Shown piece by piece: positions 1-11,254 of a stretch of 40,228 bases of DNA (the stretch's first letter is position 1; the number at the start of each line of letters is the position of its first letter). A model generated the notes under the pieces. That model worked only from the letters and a program-made list of their open reading frames with translations. It searched no databases and was not told the origin of the DNA. The position numbers were made by a program, and so were the translations under genes. Origin of the DNA: Octopus bimaculoides (Eukaryota). The stretch is taken from the NCBI RefSeq assembly GCF_001194135.2, contig NC_068989.1:56131980-56172207 (forward strand), read 5' to 3'.

Positions 1-174
1 AGTGAGGCCTACAAATACAGCCAAATTGAGTGTCAAAGATTCAGAGTGTTTTGGGTTGAGTTAGCATACACTCTCCTAATAGCTGTTTTCACAGCTACAT
101 ATTCAACCTAGAATTATCAAAGAAGACACACCACAGCACCTAAATATTTATTTAATAAATAAAAAATTAGCAGG

Positions 175-400
175 TGCTTTTCATGGATTAAATGATTCTT
201 CTTTATCACATCCAGCATAAATTGACCCCCTCCACTTCACATGTGACTTGTACTAGATGTTTTCGTGCGTAACTCTTCTGATGGTGCATTCTGAAACTTT
301 GAGGTCTTTTGCAATGGCTCTGATTGACTTACTGGAGTTTCTAACAAAGATTTTCTGTACATCATATTATGCTGTTTCATCTGAATGTTTCCATTAAATG
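175..400 (-). mobile_element. Tc1/mariner transposase remnant (HTH region), decayed
   Basis: Minus frame from 360: VQKIFVRNSSKSIRAIAKDLKVSECTIRRVTHENI*YKSHVKWRG, then QFMLDVIKKNHLIHEKHLL after a frameshift. This matches the S-x-R-x-IAKDL-x-VSECTIRR...YKS...GQFM pattern of IS630-Tc1-mariner N-termini. In-frame stops present. Confidence 0.7.
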
Positions 401-806
401 TATTGGATGAACACATTTCCTATTAATGTAACAAATAAATTATTTTCCAATACATAAAGAAACCTTCCTTTGTTACACTCCTTACAGAGTAATGTAGTGG
501 TGAGAAAAATGTCAGAAAGTAGTGGCTGAAGGGGTGAGGGGCAAGAGTGTAAATGTAGAGAGTACTCAATATACTAGTTAGTGTACAGTTATCCAAAGTG
601 GTCAAGTAGAGGAATAGGAGAGAGAGAGAGAGAGAGAATGATGGGATCAGAAGGGCCAGAGTAAATAAGAGAAAGGAGCAAGAGTACCTTTTTATTTTTG
701 ATTTGTNNNNNNNNNNNNNNNNNNNNNNNNNNNNNNNNNNNNNNNNNNNNNNNNNNNNNNNNNNNNNNNNNNNNNNNNNNNNNNNNNNNNNNNNNNNNNN
801 NNNNNN

Positions 807-1147
807 GTGATGGTGGTGGTGATGGTAATGACAGTGGTGGTGACAGTGGTGGTGATGGTGGTGACAGTGGGGGTGATGGTGGTGACAGTGGGGGTGATGG
901 TGGCATCAAGGTTATTATTGGTGTTGTTGGTGATGATGATGATGATGACGATGACAACAATGATGATAATGATGTCAGTGATGCTGGTGATGCTGGCAGC
1001 AACAATGCCAATGATGATAATGATGACAACGATGATGATGACAATGATGGTGGTGGAGATGTCGGTGGTAGTGGTGGTTGTTGTCGTGGTCATAGCAGCA
1101 TCAACAACAACAATTATGATGATGAAGATGATGATGATGATGAATGA
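807..1147. repeat. Mosaic (GGT)/(GAT) trinucleotide low-complexity tract
   Basis: Directly visible; adjoins an N-gap and explains four overlapping ORFs. Confidence 0.9.
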
Positions 1148-1239
1148 AACCAATTCCATGTGAACATCTGCAACTACAGCTACCGTTGCAGGAAAGATTC
1201 TATAGTGTCTAGTTTAAATTTATTATCAAGTTCTGTTTT

Positions 1240-1500
1240 CTTTTGCATTTTTACTCTCCTCCTCACTAAATTTTTTAATTTCTTAATAGAATTTTTCACT
1301 TCTCATTTCCTTTATCCTGTTATCCTGTTCTGTCATTTGCAAAGACCTCACAAGAAGTCGAGCTGATGTTACAGATTTTCAAACAGCACTTCAGATAATC
1401 CTCTCTTTATAATCATGGTTTCCCTTTGTTTTTTTGAGCCCTCTCTGATGCCATCATAAAAGATATTCTGTGGGTTGAGGATTGATTTTCATCTGAAGAA
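1240..1500 (-). mobile_element. RTE-clade LINE ORF C-terminal remnant
   Basis: Minus frame ...ASERAQKNKGKP*L*REDYLKCCLKICNISSTSCEVFANDRTG* resembles the RTE C-terminal G-KR-GRP-RYKD-LK-CNI-W-A-DR-W pattern; multiple stops. Confidence 0.45.
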
Positions 1501-1714
1501 GATACTCTTAAACATTGTTTGAGTTTTTCTTGTTCTTTTTGTGTGTTTTTTTTTATTTTTTAAACAAGTTCTGTTTTGAAACTTGGCATTTCAATCTTTT
1601 GCTTGATTTTGTCATTAACTTTTTTGTTACTATATTTCTGTTTTTGCTTCAACTAACTTAGAAAATGATGAAAAATTTAGTAAAATAATTCTGGCATCAT
1701 CAAACTGCTGTTTA

Positions 1715-1935
1715 AGGCTTCAAACTGGCATAATTGTTAGCATGTCAGGCAAAATGCTTAGTAGCATTTCATCAGTCTTTATGTTCTGAGTTCAAACTCT
1801 ACCAAGAAAAACTTTGTCTTTCATCCTTTTGGGGTCAATAAAATAAGTACCAGTTGAGTGCTGGGGTCGATTTAATCGACTTACCCTCTTCCCAAAATTG
1901 CTGGCCTTGTGCCAAAATTTGAAGCGATTATTAAA
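1715..1935 (+). mobile_element. SINE family B
   Basis: A/B-box-like head (TGGCATAATTGTTAG; GAGTTCAAACTC) and central ctttcatcctttggggtcaataaaataagtacca domain shared with five other copies in the window. Confidence 0.85.
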
Positions 1936-1991
1936 CTGCTGTTTGGAACATAAATTAACATGAAATTTTGATGAAAATTTTTAATTTAGAT

Positions 1992-2203
1992 TTACTTTTA
2001 TACTCTTTTATTTGTTTCAGTCATTTGACTGCAGCCATGCTGGAGCACTGCTTTTAGTCAAACAAATCAACCCCAGAACTTATTCTTTGTAAGCCTAGTA
2101 TTTATTTCTATCAGTCTCTTTTGCTGAACTGCTAAGGACATAAACACACCAGCATTGGTTGTCAAGCGATGGTGAGGGGGGTAATACAGACACACAAACA
2201 TGT

Positions 2204-2240
<37 letters not shown>

Positions 2241-2392
2241 CGACAGGCTTCTTTCAGTTTCTGTCTACCAAATCCACTCACAAGGCTTTGGGTTGACCCA
2301 AGGCTATAGCAAAAGACACTTGCCCAAGGTGCCAAGCAGTGAGACTGAACCCAGAACCATGTGGTTGGTAAGCAAGCTACTTACCACACACC
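1992..2392 (-). mobile_element. SINE family A, near full length
   Basis: Collinear with copies at 5407, 6153 and 39415; central (TA)n linker. Confidence 0.9.
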
Positions 2393-2499
2393 TTGTCCCT
2401 CTTAAATGTAGATGTTCTGTTAGAACAAACTATACTGCTGTAGATACTATGAAAGAAACTCTCATATGATAATATGAAAGATTCTCTCATGCTTTCTCT

Positions 2500-3300
2500 C
2501 ATAGTGTATTTACCACAGTCTAGATTGTTCTGACAAAACATTCACATTTAAGTGGGGATAAATATTACACCTTGATATTAATACTGCCTCTGTTGCTAAT
2601 ATGTATTTCTTATTAAATTTGTATCATATAATTTGGGGCTGTCTTGGACAGGTTGATATTAAGAGTCAAAGATTTCATCATTCCTTCTAATTCCCATGAT
2701 CTGTTCACATGAGTATATTTTGTCTATTGGGTAAATAAATGCTTGTGGAATACAGAAACAGGAGAATGCTACTGACTCCATATGCCCTCTCAATTTTGTA
2801 TCTAGAAGGATGTTGTATTATTAGATATATCTATGTGTTGTGATACAAGTATATATACATACAGTTAACTGTATGTATATATTTCAAACCTTTTATCACA
2901 ACACTCTAAGATCATCACTGTATTGTGACAATTGTAAATAAATGCCTTTTCTTTTCCTCTGTGGACAGAGAAAAGTGAAAATATCTGTTTGATCTCAAAA
3001 TTGTGATTTAGTTTCAAATTGATTTTCATCAGAGAAAAAATACCTTTTGATTTGCTGATAGATCTAAAATGTGAAATAGCTATATATAAACACTAAATGT
3101 AGCTCATTTGCTCAATCAGTTAATTTAATTTGCATAAATACTACTTCATTGGTGATTAACTCAAATAAATTAATTAATTTTGCACTGAACAGGGCTAACT
3201 CTCTACCATATCTGCAGTATGGTACAACAGAACTCTTTTTTTTTTTTTTCACAACATGCTGGCAATAATGGTTTACAATTGTTACCAGAGTGACAGCTCC
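2500..3300 (+). mobile_element. Highly decayed RTE reverse transcriptase remnant
   Basis: Collinear frameshifted motifs: YLPQS, SHDLFT*V, GIQKQ..LTPYALSI, HSKIITVL, FSFKLIFIREK, NSLPYL. Weak by-eye match. Confidence 0.4.
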
Positions 3301-3554
3301 CATGCATTGTAAAAAAAGATTTATTATTCAGCTATAGATATAGCAGGAAATGCATGCTTTTTAGTACATAATTAATTTCTATATTATTACTGTTATTATT
3401 AATATATTATTGGGTAATTGCTGTTCTATAAATGCTGGTATGTAATTCCTCAGGGACGAAAACACCCTCTCTCCCTTGCATATTTCAACCTTTGTCCTCT
3501 GATGCATTAATTTCACCAGCTTTGTTAAGTTCCTCTGCTTTATTACAACATCCT

Positions 3555-3875
3555 TTGTTTTGTGTGCTCGTTAATATTGTAATTAACCATCAATCAATGC
3601 AAAATTTGGTTAGTGATTGTGGAAGTGCTGACAATTTTATCGAAGACAGTATTGCTAGCTTGGATAAAATGGGAGTAGTTAAGTCATTAAACCGTTCAGA
3701 GGCAACATCATGGTGGAATCAACACAGCTTTGTTCCCAAATTATAGGAACATGTGAAATTGATATGAGATATATCTAGCATTTGTATAAACATCAGTCAT
3801 TCACAGTCTCAGTTGAGATGTTATACTTGGAGAGAATATCATGACAAAACATTCTTTTGTGGTAACAATTTTGTT
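3555..3875 (+). mobile_element. Ty3/Gypsy aspartic protease remnant
   Basis: VLVNIVINHQSMQNLVSDCGSADNFI (degenerate DSGS motif), then QIIGTCEID and DVILGENIM (ILG-x-D motif) after frameshifts. Confidence 0.65.
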
Positions 3876-4000
3876 ACCATCATCATTTAAGGTGTTTATT
3901 TTAAATACACTTTTGGTTAAATTTGGAAAGGCTACAAGCTAGCAGAATCATTAGCACATTGGATGGAAATGCTTATCAATATTTCATCCATCTTTGTGTA

Positions 4001-4412
4001 ATAGGTGTGGGTGCGGCCGTATTGTATGAAGCTTGTTTCCCAACCACATGGTTCTGGGTTCAGTTGCACTGCGTGACACCTTGGGCAAGTGCCTTCTACT
4101 ATAGCTTCAGGCCAACCAAAGCCTTGTGAGTGGATTTGGTAGATGGAAACTGAAAGAAGACCATTATATATATATGTATATATCTGTCTCTGTGTCTGTA
4201 TTTGTGCCCTCATCACTACTTGACAACCGGTGTTGGTGTATTTATGTCTCTGTAAATTAGCAGTTTGGCAAAAGAGACCAACAGAATAAGTGCTAGGCTT
4301 TAAAAAAAAATAAGTCCCGGAGTCGATCTGTTTGACTGAAACACTTCATGGTGGTGCTCTAGCATGGCCACAGTCAAATAACTAAAACAAGTAAAAAAGT
4401 AAAAGAGTAAAT
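4001..4412 (+). mobile_element. SINE family A, full length
   Basis: tRNA-like head (GGTTCAGTTGC B box), central (TA)n, 3' module ending in aagtaaaagagtaaa. Confidence 0.9.
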
Positions 4413-4451
4413 AAAGAATTTATTAAAATAAATTTGACATTATTAAACCCA

Positions 4452-4670
4452 GGCAGCAAAGCTGGCAGAGTTGTTAGGATGCAGGGCAAAATGCTTAGTG
4501 GTATTTTGACTGTCGCTACATTCTGAGTTCAAATTCCACTGAGGTCAACTTCGCCTTTCATCCTTTTGGGGTTGATAAATTAAGTACCAGTAAAACAGTT
4601 AGGTTGATGGAATTGACTATTCCCCTTCCCCAAAATTTCAAGGCTTGTGCCTATGGTAGAAAGGATTGTT
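4452..4670 (+). mobile_element. SINE family B
   Basis: AGCTGGCAGAGTTGTTAG A box, GAGTTCAAATTCC B box, gaggtcaacttcgcctttcatcc central domain. Confidence 0.85.
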
Positions 4671-4744
4671 AAACCAGTGCATGAAGTATAAATTAACATG
4701 AAATTTTGATGTTAAAACAGGGAAATTTCTATCATAGAATTAAT

Positions 4745-4992
4745 GATACTTTCAGGTGGGTTAGTATTGAATATGTTAGCACCTGTAGCATTGTCAAATT
4801 TTGTTTCCCTGAAGATTTCATCTTTTATATCTTTTACTAATTTAAATCTAAATGCCAAATCTGTTGCCCTGTCAACTCAAAGATACTCTGGAAATGACTA
4901 TTATTTCAAAAGACACAAAAAAAATTTAACCTACACCTACACAAAGAAGGCATCATAGAACACAATAATTCACAGTGAAGAACTCAGGTCAT
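4745..4992 (+). mobile_element. Gypsy pol remnant: protease-RT linker and RT start
   Basis: FTNLNLNAKSVALSTQRYSGND and EGIIEHNNSQ*RTQV resemble F-x-NL-x-x-x-CKP-x-ATKSRRYS and EGIIEPS-x-SPWRAQV. Confidence 0.7.
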
Positions 4993-5320
4993 CATCATCA
5001 CCATCATTTAATGCCTGACTTACATGTTGGCATGGGTTGGTTGGTTTGACAGGATCTGATAAGTCCAAGGATGGAATCATGCACCACATTAGCATGGTTT
5101 CAACAGCTGGATGTCCCTACTAAAACCAATCACTTGACAGCATGAACTAGGTCCTCTTTTTTTATGCCACCTGTACTTTTAAAGTCACCATGCAGCTCAC
5201 ATGACTATGAACCCTGGGGGAGACAGGAGGTTAGCTTCATGCCAGGGGAGAAGGGATTAAACTACAAGAGAAAAGTGGGATCGGAGCAGATTCCTGTTGA
5301 GAATCTTCATTGCTACTGTG
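4990..5320 (-). mobile_element. SINE family C (RTE-type tail), degenerate
   Basis: (CAT)n + tttaatg...catgggttgg...agctggatgtccc, matching the other family C tails. Confidence 0.75.
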
Positions 5321-5324
5321 TTTA

Positions 5325-5408
5325 GCAGAACAAAAATCAAAAAACACAAGTAATGATTTGATCTTTGATTTTTCTATCACCTTTTTAATGCTTTTTGCAT
5401 ACCTATCT
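5325..5408 (+). mobile_element. Gypsy RT fragment
   Basis: LIFDFSITFLMLFAYLSL resembles LVIDYSQT...LDAYPLP; continues as TIEELI after the SINE at 5407-5851. Confidence 0.45.
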
Positions 5409-5612
5409 CTTTTACTCTTTTACTTGTTTCAGTCATTTGACTGTGGCCATGCTGGAGCACCGCCTTTAGTCAAGCAAATCGACCCCAGGACTTATTCTTT
5501 GTAAGCCTAGTACTTATTCTATTGGTCTCTTTTGCCGAACCGCTAAGTTACGGGGACGTAAACACACCAGCATTGGTTGTCAAGCGATGTTGGGGGGACT
5601 AACACAGGCACA

Positions 5613-5688
<76 letters not shown>

Positions 5689-5851
5689 CGACGGACTTCT
5701 TTCAGTTTCTGTCTGCCAAATCCACTCAGAAGGCTTTGGTTGGCCTGAGGCTATAGTAGAAGACACTTGCCCAAGGTGCCACACAGTGGGACTGAACCTG
5801 GAACCATGTGGTTGGTGAGCAAGCTACTTACCACACAGCCACTCCTGCACC
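5407..5851 (-). mobile_element. SINE family A, full length
   Basis: Complete head and tail modules with (CA)n(TA)n linker; interrupts Gypsy RT. Confidence 0.95.
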
Positions 5852-6150
5852 ATTGAGGAGTTAATACATACTGTATCACATTCATATTTTAGCAATGTTG
5901 GCATGAAATTTGCCTACAAGCAGCTGTCACTGACAATTAAGGACCACCCTTCCACTGGTTTTTAAGGCCTTGGGACAATTGGATCAAAGTACAAGACACC
6001 CGTTTGGCCTAATGAACACTGCCATGTTTCCAAAAAGTGCAGAGTCAAACAACCTCACTGAATGACCTTAAATCTACCTACTTGTAGATTTAGATGACAT
6101 CATCATATGTTCTAAGAAAGATCACAACAGAAACTTATTAATTTTTGTCA
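5849..6150 (+). mobile_element. Gypsy reverse transcriptase core remnant
   Basis: TIEELI..FSNVGMKFAYKQLSL..(-1)..GQLDQSTRHPFGLMN..DLDDIIICSKKDHNRNL, equivalent to the DLKSAYHQ, PFGL-x-N and YLDD motifs in order. Confidence 0.85.
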
Positions 6151-6152
6151 TA

Positions 6153-6550
6153 TACTCTTTTACTCTTTTACTTGTTTCAGTCATTTGACTGCAGCCATGC
6201 TGGGGCACCGCCTTTAGTCGAATAAATCGTCCCCAGGACTTATTCTTTGTAAGCCTAGTACTTATTCTATCGGTCTCTTTTGCCGAACCGCTAAGTTATG
6301 GGGAAGTAAACACACCACCATCGGTTGTCAAGCGATGTTGGGGGACAAAGACAGACACACAAACATATATATATATACATATATACGACAGGCTTCTTTC
6401 AGTTTCCATCTACCAAATCCACTCACAAGGCTTTGGTTGGCCCGAGGCTATAGTAGAAGACACTTGCCCAAGATGCTATGCAGTGGGAATCAACCCGGAA
6501 CCATGTGGTTGGTAAGCAAGCTACTTACCACACAGCCACTCCTGTGCCTA
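6153..6550 (-). mobile_element. SINE family A, full length
   Basis: High similarity to 5407-5851; interrupts Gypsy RT. Confidence 0.95.
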
Positions 6551-6990
6551 AGATTTAAATTTAATTATATGTTGTGATAAAAAAAGGGAGTTTTCAGTAA
6601 AACAAATATAGAATTTTTTGGTTATTAAATTCATGACTACAAAATATTACCTGATTCTGATAAGCTACATCTATGTAAATGTTTTAAAATTCCTAATTCT
6701 ATAAAGGAACTTGAAAATATTATTGAGTTCTTAATGGTTAAAACACTTTCCTGATAAAATAAAAACCCTTCATGAAATATATTATCTTATTTCTCAAGAA
6801 ACAGTTACCACTTTCAAATATATTAAATCAACATAGTCATGCCTACTATGAGAAGCATGTTCTGCTTTGGCCCCTTCTCTCATACTTTTAGCCATCTTTT
6901 CCCCCTCATCTCCAAGCATAAAATCTGCTGCTGGTGCTGAGCAGGAAGTTGTGCTGCATCATTAGATGTTGAATAAAATCTTTGGTAATT
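6550..6990 (+). mobile_element. Gypsy RT C-terminus, connection and RNase H remnant
   Basis: KKGVFSKTNIEFFGY*IHDYKILPDSDKL..IPNSIKEL (KC-x-F..FLGY..PD), HFPDKIKTL..SQETVTTF, LAIFS..AEQE (AFFS..EKEA). Confidence 0.7.
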
Positions 6991-7009
6991 AGATTGCGTT
7001 ATCTTTTGT

Positions 7010-7340
7010 CTTTTACTCATTTCAATCATTAGACTATGGCTATACATGGGCACCACCTTGAGGGGTTCTAGGCAAAAGAATTGACTGCAGTACATGTTTT
7101 TGAAGTCTTGTATTTATTTTTATCAGTTTCTTTTGTCATACCACTAGGTTACAGGGGTGTAAACAAACTATATATAATGAGCTTCTTCCAGTTTCCATCT
7201 CCCAAGTCCATTCACAAGGATTTTGTTGGCTCAGGGTTATAGCAGAAAACACTTTGGACTTCACAAGTACCACACAGGGGAACTGAACACAAAACTATGT
7301 GATTGGGAAGCAAACTGCATACCACACAGCCACACCTGCT
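7010..7340 (-). mobile_element. SINE family A, degenerate
   Basis: Both modules recognisable, with deletions. Confidence 0.75.
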
Positions 7341-7344
7341 ATTT

Positions 7345-7590
7345 TTAATAATATTAATTATTCTCATTACACTAAAACTGAACAAGCAACCAAAATGCAT
7401 GACACTTAACATCTTTCTATATAAAAAAAAAAAGGAAGCTTCAGATTTCTGCATAAACTTCTGAGTTCTTTTTCCATTTAAGCAATATGGCAGCAATTGT
7501 GATTGGTAGTTGAAATATCATGGTTTAACCTCCAAGTCAGCACTGATCAATCAAAAGCTTTCAGACCATTACAATTCATTTTGGGTAGGG
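7345..7590 (+). mobile_element. Possible Gypsy integrase N-terminal remnant
   Basis: MHDT*HL, SNCDW and PPSQH*SIKSFQTITIHFG weakly resemble the HHCC region and PP-x-x-HLIKATQPFERLNIDFKG; position after RNase H fits. Confidence 0.35.
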
Positions 7591-7620
7591 TTTCTTAGCA
7601 TTTTTTGTTTTTCACAAGAA

Positions 7621-7790
7621 TAGGCACAGGCTTGGCTGTGTGGTTAAGAAGCTCACCTTGCAACCATATGGTTTTGGGTTCAGTCCTACTGCATGGCACC
7701 TTGGATGTGTGTCTTCTACTTATAGCCCTGGACTACCCAAGGCCTTGTGAACAGATTTGGTAGACAGAAACTGTGTGAAAGCCCATCACA
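7621..7790 (+). mobile_element. SINE family A, head half
   Basis: TGGCTGTGTGGTTAAG A box, GGTTCAGTCC B box; ends in (TA)n. Confidence 0.85.
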
Positions 7791-8390
7791 TCATATATAT
7801 GTATATTTGTGTATGTATATATACATATATATACAGATTTGTTCATTAAATGGTTAACTCAATCAGTCCGTTGATTGGTTGAGAAAAATTGAATGACCAT
7901 TAAGAGTTAATGTTATCCTCACCAGAATTATAATATTAATAATCCTCTCTCTCTCTCTTTCTTTGTCTCTCTCTCTCTGTCTTTGTCTCTGTCTCTCTCT
8001 TTCTCCCACTCTCCATATATATATATATATAAATTTCAATAATAGGACAAATTCTTTTACAAGAATTTATCAAGCAGCTAGTGTGAAAAAAACCTCATAA
8101 GGGAAAAAATCCATCATTTATTCCCNNNNNNNNNNNNNNNNNNNNNNNNNNNNNNNNNNNNNNNNNNNNNNNNNNNNNNNNNNNNNNNNNNNNNNNNNNN
8201 NNNNNNNNNNNNNNNNNNNNNNNNNNNNNNNNNNNNNNNNNNNNNNNNNNNNNNNNNNNNNNNNNNNNNNNNNNNNNNNNNNNNNNNNNNNNNNNNNNNN
8301 NNNNNNNNNNNNNNNNNNNNNNNNNNNNNNNNNNNNNNNNNNNNNNNNNNNNNNNNNNNNNNNNNNNNNNNNNNNNNNNNNNNNNNNNAA

Positions 8391-8547
8391 TATGTGTAAA
8401 AAAAATATAAAAAGTGGAAGAGAAATGCCTTCGTTTCATATAGTTTAATATCTTTTTATAGTTTAATATCTTTTTTTTTATAAAAATATATTAAACTATA
8501 TGAAACGAAGCTATTTCTCTTGCACTTTTTATATTTTTTTACACATA
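8391..8547. repeat. Long near-perfect palindrome (about 60-bp arms)
   Basis: 8391-8451 vs reverse complement of 8488-8547: 3 mismatches and 1 indel. An 18-bp tandem duplication (8439-8456, 8457-8474) lies at the arm/loop junction. Confidence 0.95.
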
Positions 8548-8599
8548 CTTTCAACCTATATATATATACATATATATAGATATAGATATGTATATATTT

Positions 8600-8829
8600 A
8601 TGTGTGTATGTGCGTCTTTGTGTGTGTGTCTCTCTATGTTCCCCCAGCATGCATGACAACCAATGTTGGTGTGTTTACATCCACGTAACTTAGCATTTCA
8701 GTAAAAGACACCAATAGAACAAGTACTAGACTAAAGAATAAGTTCTGGGGTCAATTTCTGCAACTAAAAGACCCTTTAAGGCAATGCTCCAGCATGGCCA
8801 CAGTCAAAATGACTGAAACATGTAAAAGA

Positions 8830-8830
<1 letters not shown>
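8600..8830 (+). mobile_element. SINE family A, tail half
   Basis: gacaacc..ggtgtgtttac..aagtactag..ccagcatggccacagtc..gactgaaac module. Confidence 0.85.
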
Positions 8831-8873
<43 letters not shown>

Positions 8874-8919
8874 TGAGAGAGAGAGAGAGAGAGAGAGACA
8901 CTCACACATAGTATATATG

Positions 8920-9130
8920 TGTGTGTTTGTATTTGTGTTTGTTTTCCACCACTGCTTGACAACTGGTGCTGGTTTGTTTATGTCCTCATAATGTAGTTGT
9001 TCAGCAAAAGAGACCAGGCTTAAAAACGATAAGCACTGGGGAGCAATATGTTTGACTAAACCCTTCAAAGGGGTGCTCCGACATGGTTGCAGTTCAATAA
9101 CTGAAAAAAGTAAAAAATAAAAGAAAAATA
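8920..9130 (+). mobile_element. SINE family A, tail half
   Basis: Same module, more diverged. Confidence 0.8.
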
Positions 9131-9154
9131 GAGTGATTTTTGTTTCCAATGTGT

Positions 9155-9390
9155 TACTCTTTTACTCTTTTACTTGTTTCAGTCATTTGACTGTGGCCAT
9201 GCTGGAACACCACCTTTAGTCGAGCAAATCAACCCCAGGACTTATTCTTTGTAAGCCTAGTACTTATTCTATCAGTCTCTTTTGCCGAACCACTAAGTTA
9301 CGGGGGCATAAACACACCAGCATCGGTTGTCAAGTGATGTTGGTGGGGGACAAACACAGACACACAAACATATACATACACATACATATA
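9155..9390 (-). mobile_element. SINE family A, tail half (inverted relative to 8920-9130)
   Basis: Near-consensus tail module. Confidence 0.9.
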
Positions 9391-9917
9391 TATTATGATA
9401 AAGAACACTGAAATCTGTTCGAGATTTTTGATAAACAAAATATTTATTTTTATCACAAACAGAAAAATTGTCATTACTACAAATGACAAACACCGAGATA
9501 GCTCGAAGGTTATTGTTCTTAGAGAAGGTATGATAGTAGCTCTGTTATGATGTTAGCTAATCACTGTCACAGTCTGTCCATTGTTTTTATGTTGTGACAA
9601 TGTTCTGGCCAGCTGCTGGTACTGTTTTACTGTTTGCTGACTGCCATTTTCTGTCTCTGGTTTGATGTCTGCCATTCACTGTCTCCTGGAAGTAGTTAAA
9701 ATGCGTTGAATATATAGTGGTGGTCTTGCTCAGAAAAAGTATACCAAAGATGAAATTGTTGTAAAATCCAGTTCTGCACAAAATCTTGAATAGTTTGATT
9801 TTTTTTATGACATTAGCAGTGTGTTCAAGCAAATTGTGTGATCATATTCTTGAGTGTTATTGTTTTGCATCAGATATATAATTTGGGTTTGATTGCTAAA
9901 TATTCCTGCTACATGCA

Positions 9918-9979
<62 letters not shown>

Positions 9980-10324
9980 GTTGAAATTTATAGAAAAACA
10001 AAAGCCGAGGACAGACGTAGGAACAACAAGCAAGCTGTTATTTCTAGCAGGTTGATTGACCGCATAAAGCCTCTTTTAATAGTGTTAGTGGGGAGTAGAT
10101 TAAATTAGTTTTCTCAGAAATGAAATTACTTTACATCAATTAATTATCCCAGTTTAGTCCAAACCAGCATTTTACACCAAAATTGGACTAGAGCAATGTG
10201 AAACGAAGTTTTTTGCTTAATAACACAACATACTGCCTAGTCTGAGGATCAAACCCCTAATCTTAAGATCATGAATCCAAAATCCTAACCACTCGGCCAC
10301 ACATCTTCACATATTCTTTTCTAC

Positions 10325-10412
10325 TCTAGGCACAAGACCCAGAATTTTTGGGAAGGGGCCAATTAATTAGATCAACCTCAGTATTTAATTTATCGACCCC
10401 GAAAGGATATAC
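10325..10412 (-). mobile_element. SINE family B, 3' fragment
   Basis: taatttatcgaccccgaaaggat shared with 26705-26928. Confidence 0.75.
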
Positions 10413-10425
10413 ATACATACATAAG

Positions 10426-10456
<31 letters not shown>

Positions 10457-10463
10457 CATATAC

Positions 10464-10494
<31 letters not shown>

Positions 10495-10523
10495 TGTATG
10501 TATGTATACATATACATATACAT

Positions 10524-10559
<36 letters not shown>

Positions 10560-10566
<7 letters not shown>

Positions 10567-10726
10567 GCTTCTTTCAGTTTCCACCTACCAAATCCACTCA
10601 CAAGGCTTTTGTCGGTGCAAGGCTATAGTAAGAGACACTTGCCCAAGGTGCCATGCAGAGGGACTGAACCTAGAACCATGTGGTTGAGAAGCAAGCTTCT
10701 TAACACACAGCCACCCCTGCACCTAT
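10560..10726 (-). mobile_element. SINE family A, head half
   Basis: gggcttctttcagtttcc..cacttgcccaaggtgcc..acacagccac; abuts a (TACA)/(TA) block. Confidence 0.9.
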
Positions 10727-11034
10727 TAAACTATCCGCTGTGCCTATAAACTATGTTATTATAATATTTCAAAAACTATACTATACCACATAGAACTAAT
10801 TATAATAGATTTGATGTCTTTAACACTTGTAGTTCTTGACAAGATATTCATTGACTATCATTAATCTCATCTTTAATCAGCAGAAAAATAACGACAGCAT
10901 CAATAACTTCATTAGTTGCAAATATTGTCTGGAGATGCACACCAACCAAGTTAGGTGCAGACAAAAAGCAATACATGCTGATTGAATCTACCACATCTCT
11001 ACTAGAGCCACCACAAGAACATACAGAGACTTGA

Positions 11035-11254
11035 CCCTTTAGTATTTAAAACTGGCCATAACTGGTTCAAATATTCTATATGCTTTATGTTAAAACTGAC
11101 CAGATCCAACCTCTCACATTACCCTACAATGCCTTTCTAAAAATATATAAACACTGCATTGAAGTTTTGAAGCTACATCATAATGTATGATTAATTCAAA
11201 ACAATGTAGATAAATAAGCAATACATTTGACAAAGAAATCTGACTGCTAAAGGT
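11035..11254. mobile_element. piggyBac-like MITE
   Basis: Termini CCCTTTAG / CTAAAGGT flanked by TTGA (11031-11034) and TTAA (11255-11258), consistent with CCC termini and a TTAA target with one mutation on each side. Confidence 0.65.

Noticed and set aside
237-419. 60-codon minus frame after a good acceptor (EMCSSNTFNG..)
   Set aside because: An overlapping frame gives a clear Tc1/mariner match.
486-525. 40-nt minus-strand exon-like unit with good splice signals
   Set aside because: Low-complexity purine-rich context and an uninformative peptide; indistinguishable from chance.
589-1163. Four overlapping Ser/Thr/Pro-, Gly/Asp- and Met/Val-rich ORFs
   Set aside because: Simple (GGT)/(GAT) repeat plus gap.
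3005-3040. CTGATGA..GAAAC on the minus strand
   Set aside because: Only 3 A-U pairs in stem II and no stem I or III pairing; chance match.
4715-4880. Plausible minus-strand peptide VDRATDLAFRFKLVKDIKDEIFRETKF..
   Set aside because: It is the antisense shadow of the plus-strand Gypsy linker.
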